A DNA stretch of 62,994 nucleotides, filler included, from Reclinomonas americana ATCC 50394 (GCA_048213135.1; 12 parts of 12 records of this genome joined end to end with filler, not necessarily neighbours in it), one strand, 5' to 3'. Counted from the first letter of the whole stretch, positions 1-11,896 are shown. The notes: generated by a model not told the origin, from the letters alone. Program-made: numbers and translations.

Positions 1-339
1 AGTTGCGCCATCGCTCCGCCGGACTCCCGCAACTCGGCGCCTTCAATTGGGGTGCTTCGCCACCTGATCGACGCTGTGGTCGTTGGAGATGGCGATCGCT
101 CGTATCGTAGAGATAGCCACCACAATTGCCGTTCCGAGTTGCCGCTTGTGCAAATGCTGGCACCTGGAGGTGTCTTGCGCGGCCTGTCGCGGATGACGCT
201 ACATCGGGTTCTGCTGTACGAGATCTACCACGTTCTGCTGGCCGACAAGTTGCGAGCCAGCCTTGGTGTGGTGTTGCCGTCGGACTTGTGGATGCATATC
301 GTGCTCTTTGTTCTACTGCGTCGACGATGGGAACGCTGA
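1..339 (+). CDS. 3' end of a gene with a C-terminal F-box-like motif; probably the preceding copy of the ankyrin gene family (5'-partial)
   Basis: Open frame from base 1 to TGA at 339, ending ...LGVVLPSDLWMHIVLFVLLRRRWER. Near-identical paralog at 2482-2970. Confidence 0.6.
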   Translation, partial: SCAIAPPDSRNSAPSIGVLRHLIDAVVVGDGDRSYRRDSHHNCRSELPLVQMLAPGGVLRGLSRMTLHRVLLYEIYHVLLADKLRASLGVVLPSDLWMHIVLFVLLRRRWER

Positions 340-594
340 TGAGAGATGCGAGGATGAAGAGAAAAATGAAAATGTCAGTGAAGTTCGTTGAGTGCTTCTT
401 CGTGGAGTACAATATAAACAAGTCGTGTCGTCCGTCTCAGACACCGTGTTCCGCCAATAAATGGACGCCCCCGTCGCCAGCGAAGCGACTTCCGTCGCAG
501 CGACGCCTGCGTGTCCCGTGTCAGCTGCTTCATGACACACACGAATCACACACACACTTCGTCGGTCCTCACTCGAGAGAGCTCGTCGACGAGG

Positions 595-2141
595 ATGTCA
601 TCTTCACCATGCCCACCGTCCACTCTGTCTCCGGCAGAGGTTTACGAGCAGCTGCTGCAAAAGGCCGGCCTGATTGGCCAGACGTGTGCAAATTTACAAT
701 GCAGGGATCCCAGTTGGCAGCTTGAGTACGAAGCACAGGGGGTGTATATTGGATTGTGTCGCGCCGCCGGAGCACAACCCGTGCCAACGCCGGGGACACG
801 CGCACGTAGTCGAACCGCTTGTTGTGAACTGACGTCATCCGCACTATATTGTGCACAGGAGAGAACATGGCCTGCGTCGGAGACCGTGATGCATGCCGTG
901 TGCGGTCGCGTTGATGAGTTGGTTGCATCGAGTCTGACTCTGCGTACGCGTGGGTACATCTCGTACGCGTCCACGTGGATAAGCGATGTCGCCCACTGTG
1001 TCTGGATGGCGCCCGTGGAGTCAGTGACTGCCCTCTTCCGCCACCTGCCTGCCTCGTGTTTCTCTCGAATGTGCGCGGACTATGAGTGGTGGCTGGTCGC
1101 CGCCGTTGTCACCGGCCGGTTGTGCACGCTGCTCGAAGTGCTACAGGAGCGCGGTGTACATGTGCAGTCTGTGATGCAACACGCGCAGCTGGATGTGGCA
1201 CTACGTGCAGCTGTCAGCATGTCGGATGGCCGCACTGTGCGCTACCTCGGTGGACTCGGTTTCCCTCGTGGTGGGGATCCCCAGGCGGTGCGGAAGCTGC
1301 TGGTTTCCTGCCTGCGACACTGTGTACTCAACGGCAAGACGGCGCTCCTCGCCGATCTCCGTGAATCGTGGCCCGTCAGTGATGATCTGGAGGCATGTGT
1401 TCGGCTGGAGGTGGCGGCCGCGACTGGCAATGTGGATGCCGTGCAAGAGTTGCTGAGCGAGGGAGTTGCCGACCCCGGCTTCTGCGACAACTGGCCCTTG
1501 CGGCAGGCGGCATATCACGGACACGAGGGGGTGGTGGCTGTTTTGCTTGCCGACGATCGACTGGATCCTGCTCACCCGAGCAACGCAGCACTGTGGCTGG
1601 CTTGTGCAAAAGGCCACTTGGGTGTGGTGCCGCTGCTGCTGGAAAATGACGAGGCGGACATGATTGAGCCATATGCCGAGCGCTTGGCATATCCGATCGT
1701 GGACGCAGTGACGTGTACATATTTGGTGGGCCTTGGTGGACGGGAGCAGAATGCACTTGATCGTTTCCACGGTAAGTCGCCGCTGGAAGTAGCAACGGCG
1801 ACGGGAAACGCGCCGCTGCTGCAGATGCTGCTGGAAGCCGACCGCACTTGGTTCCCGTCTGAGGTGCACTGGCTGCCGATGCTTAGCCGCGTGCGGAGCA
1901 TCGACATGCTGCGGATGTTTCTTGACGATTATCGCGTTGTCGCGGGCTTGGTTGAGGCCAGGCATGTAGTTCGCCGCGTGATGGACTATGGACGGAAACG
2001 TGACTGGAGTCGACTGCCTGTGGCCGCGATGTGCCTGCTTGAGCGGGAGCGCTATCGGTCGCGCGTGACGACAGACGACCTTGTCTGTTGCCTTGCGCAC
2101 TGCTCAGACGATGAAAAAGTGTCGGTGGATGCCCCCGTGAA
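595..2141 (+). CDS. Ankyrin-repeat protein, 3'-partial
   Basis: ATG at 595 aligns with the paralog ATG at 3186. Ankyrin repeats ADPGFCDNWPLRQAAYHGHEGVVAVLL and LDPAHPSNAALWLACAKGHLGVV. Probable in-frame intron 802-858. Runs into the linker. Confidence 0.85.
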
Positions 2142-2241
2142 NNNNNNNNNNNNNNNNNNNNNNNNNNNNNNNNNNNNNNNNNNNNTTAATTAATTAANNN
2201 NNNNNNNNNNNNNNNNNNNNNNNNNNNNNNNNNNNNNNNNN
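2142..2241. other. Artificial contig linker (N44-TTAATTAATTAA-N44, stops in all six frames)
   Basis: Identical 100-nt spacers also at 4907-5006, 8383-8482, 10468-10567, 19469-19568, 24110-24209, 30273-30372, 35989-36088, 44749-44848, 53862-53961 and 60491-60590. Confidence 0.99.
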
Positions 2242-2481
2242 CATCAGCTGGTGTGTCTGCCTCCTCTTGCTTCCTTCCTAGCATGTCCCTTTTCTCCGCC
2301 TATCCTCGTGCTCCTTCTCCTTCTCTCTCTCTCTCTCTCTCTAGCCTCCTCCATCTTTTTCTATGTTTTCTTCCTCTTCCTCTTCTTCTCCTCTCTCTCT
2401 CCCCAGTCAGTCCTTCTCTATTTCGTGTCTTCTCTTCTCTGTCTTGATCATTTGCTCGGCTTACTCCATTGTCGTGTGCAG

Positions 2482-2970
2482 TCTTCGAGGAGTAATCGCT
2501 TCCATTTGTCCTTCGTGGAGTGCACATTGTCTTCATGGACCCGTCAGTGCGAGCGTGCTCTGGCCTCGACCGAGCTCGAGTGCATGCTCGACCATTCGTT
2601 GCCGTTCCCACTGGTGCAACTCAGTTGCGCTCTTGCTCCGCCGGACTCTCGCAACTCGGCGCCTTCAATTGGGGTGCTTCGCCGCCTGATCGACGCTCTG
2701 GTCGTTGGAGATGGTGATCGCTCCTACCGTAAGGATTTTGCTCGTCGATGCCGTTCCGAGTTGCCGCTTGTTCGGATGCTGGCACCGGGTGGCGTTTTGC
2801 GTGGCTTGTCGAGAACGACTCTGCATCGAGTGCTGCTTTACGAGATCTACCACGTTCTTCTGGCCGACAAGTTGCGGGCCAGCCTGGGTGTGGTGCTGCC
2901 GTCGGACATGTGGATGCACATCGTGCTCTTTGTTCGGTTGCCTCGGCGATGGGAACGCTGGCCATGGTAA
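2482..2970 (+). CDS. Terminal exon of a paralog of the 1-339 gene (5'-partial)
   Basis: Follows a CT-rich GT..CAG intron (2251-2481). Encodes ...APPDSRNSAPSIGVLRRLIDALVVGDGDRSY...LPSDMWMHIVLFV, matching 1-339. Confidence 0.65.
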   Translation, partial: SSRSNRFHLSFVECTLSSWTRQCERALASTELECMLDHSLPFPLVQLSCALAPPDSRNSAPSIGVLRRLIDALVVGDGDRSYRKDFARRCRSELPLVRMLAPGGVLRGLSRTTLHRVLLYEIYHVLLADKLRASLGVVLPSDMWMHIVLFVRLPRRWERWPW

Positions 2971-3185
2971 CCATGTGGGAAGTGAAGTTCTGTGAGTGAT
3001 TCTTCGCTGAGAGTATCTTCAAATCGTGTCGTCTATCTCGCGTACCGTGTTGCACACAAAACCATGTGACGGTCCCGTCGCAAGCGAGGCGACTTTCGTG
3101 GATGCCTTCATGTCCCGTGTCAGCCTCCACATAACACACACCGACACAATAACACACACACTCGAGAGAGAGCTCGTCAACGAGG

Positions 3186-4906
3186 ATGTCATCTCCGCCG
3201 CGCTCACCACTCCCTTTGTCGCCGACAGAGGTTTACGAGCAGCTGCTGCAGAAGGCTCGACTGATTGGCCAGACGTGTGCCAATGTGCTGGAGAATATCG
3301 ACAACAATGTGCTTGGGCGCGCAGCTTGGAGTGTGCATGCTGCATTGTGTCGCACCGCCGGAACGGAGCCTGTACCAGCACCAGTCACCAGCAGACAAGT
3401 GCGTCGACGTCGCACGTGAACTCCACCGTCCATTGTGAGCTGACATCATCCACACAATAGGTTGCTGACCGAGGAATGTATTATCACCACGACGCAGCGC
3501 CGGCGCCGGCATCTGCGATTCTGGTGCATGCCGCATGCGGGCGTGTTGACGACATGATGACCGCGCTCTCGCAAGATGAGCCGGCGGCTTCCAGATCGGC
3601 TTTGCGATACGTATACTATTTGTCCCCTCCACTTCCGCCCTGGGTAGACGAAATCGGCCACTGCATCTGGATGGCACCGGAGGAGTCGGTGGTGGCGGTT
3701 CTCTTTCGCAGCTTGTCGCTCTCAAGCATCAACCACATGCTCCGCAACTGCGGCTGGTGGTTCAATGTCGCGATTGCCTGCGGTCGATTGTGCCCGCTGC
3801 TCGACGTGTTGCAGGAGCGTGGTGTCCAAGCTCTGACGCAACACGCGCAGGTGGATGTGGCACTGCGTGCGGCCGTCAGCATGTCGGATGGCCGCACCGT
3901 GCGCCACCTCGGCGGACTTGGTGTTACTCGTGGTGGTGATGCGCAGAAGATGCAGAAGCTGCTGATTGTCTGCTTTCGACACTGTGTGCTCAACGACAAG
4001 ACGGCGCTCCTCGCCGATCTCCGTGAATCGTGGCCTGTCGGTGATGGTCTGGAGGCGTGTGTGCGGCTGGAGGTGGCGGCCACCACTGGCAACGTGGAGG
4101 CTGTGCGGGAGTTGCTGAGCGAGGGTGTTGCCGACCCCGGATTCTGCGACAACTGGCCCTTGCGGCAGGCCGCATATCACGGACACGAGGGAGTGGTGGC
4201 GGCGTTGCTTGCTGACGGTCGTGTGAAACCTGCTCACCCGAGCAATGCGGCACTGTGGTTGGCTTGTGCAAAAGGCCACTTGGGTGTGGTGTCGCTGCTG
4301 CTGGCGCGTGTCGAGGTGGACATGATTTATCCGTATTCGGTGCAGTTGACGTATCCGGTCGCGGACGCAGTGAAGCGCATGGTGGGCTTTGCTGACTGTG
4401 AGAGGCGACTTGACTTTTTCCGCAATACATCGCCGCTGGAAGTGGTGACGATGACGAGAAATGCGTCGCTGCTGCAGATGCTGCTGGAGGTCGACCGTTC
4501 TTTGTTCCCATCTGAGGTACGCTGGCTGCCGCTGCTTAGTCGTGTGCAGAGCATCGTCATGTTGCAGATGTTTCTTGATGATCCTCGACTGGTTGAGGGT
4601 CGCAGTGTTGACCATCGCACTGTGGTTGTGCACGTGATGGATGACGTCGATGATGAAGACGCTGATCGTGATGTTGGCGAAGACTCTGAACGTGACTTTG
4701 ACTGGCGCCGAGTGTGTATGGCCACAGTATGCTTGCTTGAGCGTGAGCGCTATCGGTCGCTCCTTACAACTGACGACTTTGTCTGTTGCATTGCGCACTC
4801 TCCTGATGGCGATCAAGTGTCGATGGATGCCCCCTTGAAGGCAATTTTCACCGAGGCAGACAGTCGCGGTGTGTGGCCGCAAGTTCTAGCGCGGGTGTTT
4901 AGCGAA
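3186..4906 (+). CDS. Ankyrin-repeat protein, paralog of 595-2141, 3'-partial
   Basis: Exon 1 3186-3398, intron 3399-3460 (GTGCGT..TAG), exon 2 in frame with ORF 3476. Ankyrin core almost identical to the first copy. Confidence 0.85.
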
Positions 4907-5046
4907 NNNNNNNNNNNNNNNNNNNNNNNNNNNNNNNNNNNNNNNNNNNNTTAATTAATTAANNNNNNNNNNNNNNNNNNNNNNNNNNNNNNNNNNNNNN
5001 NNNNNNCTCTCTCTCTCTCTCTCTCTCGTCGTTCTTCGTCTCTTCT

Positions 5047-5094
<48 letters not shown>

Positions 5095-5177
5095 CTCACT
5101 CTGTGACACCCCCGTGCCCGTTTTCGTCAGTGCGAACAGAGTCCTCCCTTTTTCTCACCACCCCCACCCCCTCTCAG

Positions 5178-7453
5178 ACCAAATCCTTCAGCATCTTCAT
5201 CAACAAGTACGATCGCGCCAACATGTACGACCGCTACTTCCTCGTGGACTCCACCGGCGAGTGGCGCAATCCACCGTTGCAGGTGGCCAAGCTGCCGCAG
5301 TTTTACATTTTCGATTCGGTAATCATGCCTGCCACTCATAATCGCCCCTGGTGCATTCACTGACTCTAACCATGGCACGGCGCCGCAGTTCCTCCAAGTG
5401 ATTCCATCGTATGCGGACTTGATGCATGGCATTCAGGGGCGCTGGGAGGCCGTGCAGTTTGTCAAGAACCCAGAGTTCAACTTTGCGGAGCTCGCCCTGC
5501 CCATTGTTGGTGGATATTATTCGCAAGTTTTGTGGGGGGGAGGGAGGGAGGGAGGGAGGGGCGAAGGCAGGGAGAGAAGAGGGAAAAGAGTGGCTGTAGA
5601 CACAGATACTAGATCCAGAGTTGCTGCTGGCGTCTTTTTGTCACTCGTGCACTGGCATGCGGCGTCATGTTGCACGTTCCATTGATAGAGCATGTTATAT
5701 TGGGACTTGAGTTGCAGCTTGCGTCTGTGTCGTCCTCCGTGCACAGACATGTACCGTCTTGCAAATTTCGTACGTGGTGGTGGGACTGCAGTTGCAGCTG
5801 GGATTGGTATAGTCGCCTTCGCACTTGCACGTGCCGCCTGTCTTGCACAGTTCATGACCCGGGTGTGCACCTGTTATCGCCTGGGTAGATGCTCCCCCCC
5901 ATCTCTCTCTCTGTCGGGGCAGGGAGGAGGAGACAAAAGACGCACTTGCAGATATATGATGTGATTGCAGTCAGCGAGTCAAAGACATTCCCCCTTACTT
6001 GCCTCTCTATCTCCTTTCCCCCCTGGATCAGGACCCCACCACCGGTGCCTTCTCCGTCGCTCGCGGCGTCATCATCCTCGCCATGTATCTGCGCCGCGCC
6101 GCCGATGTCCTGCGCACCCTGGCTCCGTTCTCGGACGCGGAGATCTTCATCTTTGAGGCATCGGGCCTGCTGGTTGCGCATCCAACGCTGCCAATCATCA
6201 CACCAGATGGACGGATCCACGCCTTGGACTCTAGCGATCTCGTGCGTATTTCCTATCAGGAGCTGGTCAAGGTGTGTATTGGATTTCGTTTGTACCTTGT
6301 TCACCGGTGAAGGCTCATCTTCCCGTCCTCGCAGCGATTCGGCGCCAACATGGCCAGCATCGAAGACACCGACATGGAGATTGAGGTCAACGGCAAGCGG
6401 TACCTGCTGTTGGTACGTTGGAGTGCGTGAGTGTGTGTTCTTTCCCCCCAGCGCACGCTGAATCACAGACACGCCACAGGCGAGTTTGCTTACGCAGGAA
6501 GACATGGCGAATTTCCACGGCGACTTCACGTGGATCTCAGTGGTGGCCGTTCCGCGTGCTAGCATTTACGCCGTGGTCGAGCGCAACTACTACATTACCA
6601 GCATCATTGCGGTGTGCATCTCGCTCGTCACTGTGGCCGCAACCGCCTTTGTCATGTATGGCTTTGTGCGACCCCTGGTGACCATCAGGTATGGAGCGAG
6701 CAGGCGCGTTGCTCATGTCTCTGCGCGTGCAACTCACGTCTCTCTCTCTATCTCTCTGTGCGCGCGTGCGTGTGTGCGTGTTGCAGTAATGACATGCTCA
6801 AGCTATCGGACTTCCAGTGGAGCTTCGAGTCGGACCACAATCGCTTGTCACGCTTCACGGAGATCGAGACGACAGAGAAGGCGCTCATTCGTGTCGTGAA
6901 GGCCATCAAGTCGTTTGCCAAGGCATGTGAATCGGACCCGTGTTGCTGGCTGTGGCAACGCTCGCTGAATCCCTGTCGCGCAGTTCGTGCCGGTGCCCGT
7001 CGTGCGTGATCTCATTCAGAGCGATGCCGTGGCCGAGCTTGGCGTGGAAGCGCGCGTGCTCACCGTCTTTTTCTGGTGAGCTGCGATGGCCTGCTTGGAG
7101 GAGCCTTTTACGCGTTCGAGTACTGACGCTGTAATGCGCAGCGATATTTCCAACTTCTCGTTTTTGGCCGACCGCTTGCCGGCCAACGATCTGTTGGCTG
7201 TGATCTCTGACTTTCTGCAAACCATGTCGTCTGTGATTGCTGCCAACGAGGGCACCGTCGACAAATACATTGGAGATGGCATTAGTTGCGGGGGCTGCGC
7301 CAGCCACGGTGACTGTGTGCAGAGATGTCTGACATTTTCCTCATGACTATTACAGTGGCGTTCTGGAACGCACCCAACCCTGTGCTTCAGCACGCCTGTC
7401 GAGCGTGCACGTCAGCACTTCAGGCATGTCGAGTGCTGGAGTCGTTGAATGCG
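5178..7453 (+). CDS. Membrane class III adenylate/guanylate cyclase (sensor region, TM, HAMP-like linker, cyclase domain); partial at both ends
   Basis: Spliced product reads KSFAKFVPVPVVRDLIQ...TVFFCDISNFS...GTVDKYIGDGIMAFWNAP, typical cyclase motifs. TM segment YITSIIAVCISLVTVAATAFVMYGFV. Confidence 0.88.
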
Positions 7454-7479
7454 GTGAGTGGCAGTGAACTGAGAAGCTT

Positions 7480-7531
7480 TCTTCTCTCTCTTTCGCTGCT
7501 CTCTCTCTCTCTCTCTTTCCGATCGCTGCTG

Positions 7532-7572
<41 letters not shown>

Positions 7573-7595
7573 CGTCCTCTCTCTCTCTGTCTCTC

Positions 7596-7628
<33 letters not shown>

Positions 7629-8382
7629 TTTCTCTCTGTCTCTCACTTTCTCTCTCTCTCTCTCTCTTGTCTCTCTGTCTCTCACTTGTTGTCTCTCAGG
7701 ATCTTGTCGCCTTTGACTGGTGGGTGGTATGACTTGAAGAGGCGCGATGGGTTTACGCTGTATGAGCGCGAGGATGGATTTCGCAAGTGGTTGCCTGATC
7801 GTTTGACGCATTATGATCGTTCTTCTGGTGAGTGAGGGAGGAAGAGGGAGGGAGGGAGAGAAGGGAAAGAGAGAGAGAGAGGAGAAGAAGAAGAGTGACA
7901 GAACACGCGAGGTAGAGAGAGCAGGAGACAGGCAGAGAAAAGACAGCAGAGACAGGGAGGAATGGAGGCAGGGAGACAGACAGACAGGCTTACAGATAGA
8001 CAGAGGGAGGAGAGGGAGAGGGAGGGAGAAAAGAAGAGAGACAGAGAGAGCTCTTCTTCCACTTCTCCTTGCTCTCCTTGTTCTTTCTCCTCGTCTTCTC
8101 TCTCGTACTTGCTCTCCTTTCCCCTGCTCCCATTCTTCTCTCTGCTTCTGCTCTTCCTCCTCCTCCTGCTTCTGCTCCACCTCCTCATCCTCCGTCCTCC
8201 CCATCTCCGTCCGCTCCTCCTTCTCATTCTTCGTCTCCATCTTGTCTTCCTTCTCCATCCCATTCTGCATCTTCTGCTCCTTCTCCTTCCTCTTCTTCTC
8301 CTCGCTTTCCTTGCTCTTCCTCCTTTTCTTCTTTCCTGCCCGCGCTCCTCCTCATGCTGCTGCTGCTGCTTTTGCTGTTGTT
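7480..8382. repeat. (CT)n/(GA)n microsatellite and polypurine/polypyrimidine low-complexity tract
   Basis: Directly visible dinucleotide runs. Similar CT, GT and CA runs fill many introns of the eukaryotic contigs. Confidence 0.9.
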
Positions 8383-8514
8383 NNNNNNNNNNNNNNNNNN
8401 NNNNNNNNNNNNNNNNNNNNNNNNNNTTAATTAATTAANNNNNNNNNNNNNNNNNNNNNNNNNNNNNNNNNNNNNNNNNNNNTTGCGGAATGTCGCTCAC
8501 ACTCTCGCCCGCAG

Positions 8515-9496
8515 TTACGAGGCCGCCAAGGCCGCACTGGAGCTCACGCTGCGCAACCTGGAGATGGACTACGTGGATCTGTACCTTGTCCACTGGTGCG
8601 CCGCGCTGCATGTCGCTCATCACGTCTCTCGTCTGATAACTCATTTCTGTGGGGTGACTGCGCAGGCCTGGCGCTGCCGACTCGTCGCTGTTGCGTGCAC
8701 GATTCTCCTCCTCGCACACCGACTGCTGGTGCCGACGGAGCTCACCACGTGCATGCAGGTCACCCGCGGAGGTCGTGGCGCTTCGTGCCGGCACGTGGCG
8801 TGCACTGGAGGAGGCATTCGAGGCCGGCAAGGCGCGCTTTATTGGTGTCTCGAACTACACCGAGAGGCATCTGGAGGAGTTGCTGAAGGCGCCGGCGACC
8901 AAGGTGCGCCCGGTGGTCAACCAGATCGAGGTGCACCCGAAGTGCTCGTGCAGGTGTGTTTTTTTCCTCTGCTTCCGTTGCGCACACCACAGCGGAGCAG
9001 CACTCAGCGTGTGTCGATCGCATATACACATACGTAGTGCTCTGCGTGAGTACTGCCGCGACCACGGGATCACGGTGCAGGCGTACTCGCCGCTCGGCGT
9101 CGGACAGTTGCTGATGTTTGGTCTCACCGAGATCGACGACATTGCTACCCGACACAACAAGTCGGTGAGTAACGCAGCAGCATGTCTCTCTCTCTCTCTC
9201 TCTTTTCTTCCTCCAGCATCTCTAACAGTACAATGCACTGCAGCCGGCGCAAGTTCTCATTCGGTGGAGCGTCCAACACGGCAATGTGGTGCTGCCGCGC
9301 TCGTCGGATGCCGGTCGAGTTGCGTACACTGCGGCCATGACTCAGAAGAACCAGCCACGGTGGCGCCTAACCCGCTTCGCAGATCGCCTCCAACCTTGAC
9401 GTTTTCGATTTTGAGTTGTCGGCCGAGGAAATGGCCTCGCTCGATGCCCTCAACGAAGACATGCACCTGGTCGCCGACCCCGACGCCGAGCCATAA
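8515..9496 (+). CDS. Aldo-keto reductase family protein, 5'-partial
   Basis: Spliced: LEMDYVDLYLVHWPG...GKARFIGVSNY...PVVNQIEVHP...VQAYSPLG...PAQVLIRWSVQHGNVVLPRSS...IASNLDVFDFELS. TAA at 9494-9496. Confidence 0.93.
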
Positions 9497-9505
9497 TAAG
9501 AGGAT

Positions 9506-10128
9506 TCACTGATCGTCGACACTGCCACTGCCACCACCAACGCCAGTGCCTGCGTCGCCACCCACATCCCAAGTGCCAATAAAGTGCGGTCGATGTACCC
9601 GATTCGCCTGCGCATCGTACGCCGCTCGCACATGCAGACCCACCTGCTCCCCCTCCGCCGTCACTTGCACCTGCACAGTCGTGAGCGACTCACACAGACA
9701 CACTGACTGCAGGCCGAGTACAACACACCGTGATCCACAGAAACAATCCAGCCGCACTCGGCGCCGACTCGACCACCGTCTTCCGCTCGACAAACACGGG
9801 GAATCTGCGTCCAAGCGAGCTTTCCACACGCTCACGAACCTCATCACACACACTCTGTCGCTCCGACGCACTCAACAGCGGCACCACAGCTGTACACAAG
9901 CAATGAGGACAGAGAGAGAGACACACAGAGAATGGAGACAACGGACGCGCCTGATGCTTGCGGGCTCGCCTGCACAGCTGCTGGCGAGGTTGGCGGGTGT
10001 GTCTTGCGCGAGCCCACACGCCGGCCACCTCTCTTGTCCACGGAGGGCGTGACCACCCATCGTCGCCACATGTAGCGCGCCGAGGCAAACAGGACGGGTA
10101 CCAGCGCAGCGGCCACTCCCAGTGCCAT
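9506..10128 (-). CDS. Divergent stefin/cystatin-like protein with N-terminal hydrophobic anchor (start uncertain: 10128, 10203 or 10265)
   Basis: Spliced: MALGVAAALVPVLFASARYMW...ERQSVCDEVRERVESSLGRRFPVF...AAGLFLWITVQVTAEGEQVGLHVRA. Resembles cystatin B ETQHIADQVRSQLEEKENKKFPVF...AGTNYFIKVHV...FVHLRV by eye. Confidence 0.5.
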
Positions 10129-10270
10129 GCGCACGCCGTCGGTTGGTGCGGAACTTGGCCGAGGTGGTGCAGGTGGAGCGATGCGCGGGAGACGAAGCTG
10201 CATCGGAGGGAAGAGAAGATAGAGTGGTGAAGAAGCAGAGGAATTTTCACAGCAGTTGCATCCATTATCA

Positions 10271-10429
10271 ATGAGCGAGGAAGGAGAGAAGGCCACAGGT
10301 GTGCGCATATGCGCTGTGTGGCGTGTGTAACCTGTTGCTCACTGTGTGTGTCTGTGTGCAGTGCACGCGGGCGCCGCTCAGGTTCTCTTTCTCGTCTGCA
10401 CACCGCAGTCATGATCACGATTTACACAC

Positions 10430-10467
<38 letters not shown>

Positions 10468-10666
10468 NNNNNNNNNNNNNNNNNNNNNNNNNNNNNNNNN
10501 NNNNNNNNNNNTTAATTAATTAANNNNNNNNNNNNNNNNNNNNNNNNNNNNNNNNNNNNNNNNNNNNGTCACTCGTGTGTGTCTGTGTGCAGTGCACGCG
10601 GGCGGCCGCTCAGGTTCGTCTTTCTTCGTCTCGCACACCGCCACGTCATGATCACGATTACTACAC

Positions 10667-10707
<41 letters not shown>

Positions 10708-11896
10708 CTCAGCTGGACGCGCTTGTGCGCACCGCCATGCAGGCGCAGCAAGTGTATGCACCGAATCTGGCGGATGGCTCGGGGAATGCGCTTCCGTCGG
10801 ATCGGTTCCGTCGCACAGTGCATCTGCTGCAGACGGTGACGCGTGGTTCTGCAGAGGAGCACTCGCGTATCCTCGCCGATGGGCAGTGGTGCGCACTCTC
10901 TCTGTCTGTGCTTGTGGAGTCCTGCTTTTTTCTATTTACATTTGCATGCATTTTGTAAGGTTGGAGGCCGTCGACATTTATCACCGATATAGCGCCGTTC
11001 TGGTGCACTACTTCAAGGTTAGCGGTGAAGGCGCGCTAGTCCAGTGTTATTGTGCCGACAATGTTCTCTCTCTCTGTGTCTGTGCAGGTGTGGCAGGAGA
11101 GCGACACGCGCGAGGACTTCTTCTATTGGTTGGACAAGGGCGAGGGCGCCGAGTTCACCATTGATGGCTCCAACGGCAAGCTGCCGCTGAATCGGGAGAT
11201 TGCCTTTGAGAAGTTGGGTTGTGTGAGCGTAGTGTGGATGATTTTTGTAGCTGACGGGAGGGCAGGTATCGTGTCAAGTACTGCAACGAACACGAGCGAC
11301 TGCAGTACGTGGTGTCGGTGCGCGACGGGCTTCTGGTGTTTGAGCAGTCGGGGGAGCCAGTGGACACGGCTCAGGTACTCACGCACGCTGCTTGTCTGCA
11401 TGTACACATAACTGCTGAATCAACCACCGCAGGGCAAGTGGATCTTTGTGTTGGACAGCTCGTGCGTCATGTACGTGGGCCAGAAGAAGAAGGGTCGCTT
11501 CCACCACAGCTCCTTCACGGCCGGCTCGCCGCTGTGGAGCGCGGGTCAGATCATGGCCGAGCAGGGTATGTTGAAGGCCCTGGAGCCGCACTCGGGTCAC
11601 TACAAACCGACACGTGCGACCTTTGAGTTCATGGTCTGCCACCCTCTCTATTCCCTCTGCTCTTCTCCCATCTTGCTCACGCGTACCCCCGCGGTAAAAC
11701 AAACTAGGTCCAAAAGCTGGCGGAACGCGGGCTGGATCTGTCGCCGGAGCGCGTCCACATCGATTGGAGTGTGCTCGACCAGTCGTCCGGAGCGGGCACT
11801 TGCGCGTTGGAACACGACACGCACGGTGGCGCTGGTGAAGTCGCCGGCATTGTCGCCGCTGCCGACGCGCCCGCCACACCCGCCGTCGCCGAGTAG
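10271..11896 (+). CDS. IQM-family (plant IQ-motif-containing, calmodulin-binding-like) protein; first exons lie across the contig overlap
   Basis: Spliced: QWLEAVDIYHRY...WQESDTREDFFYWLDKGEG...GKWIFVLD...GQKKKGRFHHSSFTAG...AGQI...LEPHSGHYKPT, the conserved IQM core. TAG at 11894-11896. Confidence 0.8.

Noticed and set aside
7350..8438. Long ORFs such as 7350-8270 and 7813-8430 as genes
   Set aside because: They are translations of CT/GA low-complexity tracts.
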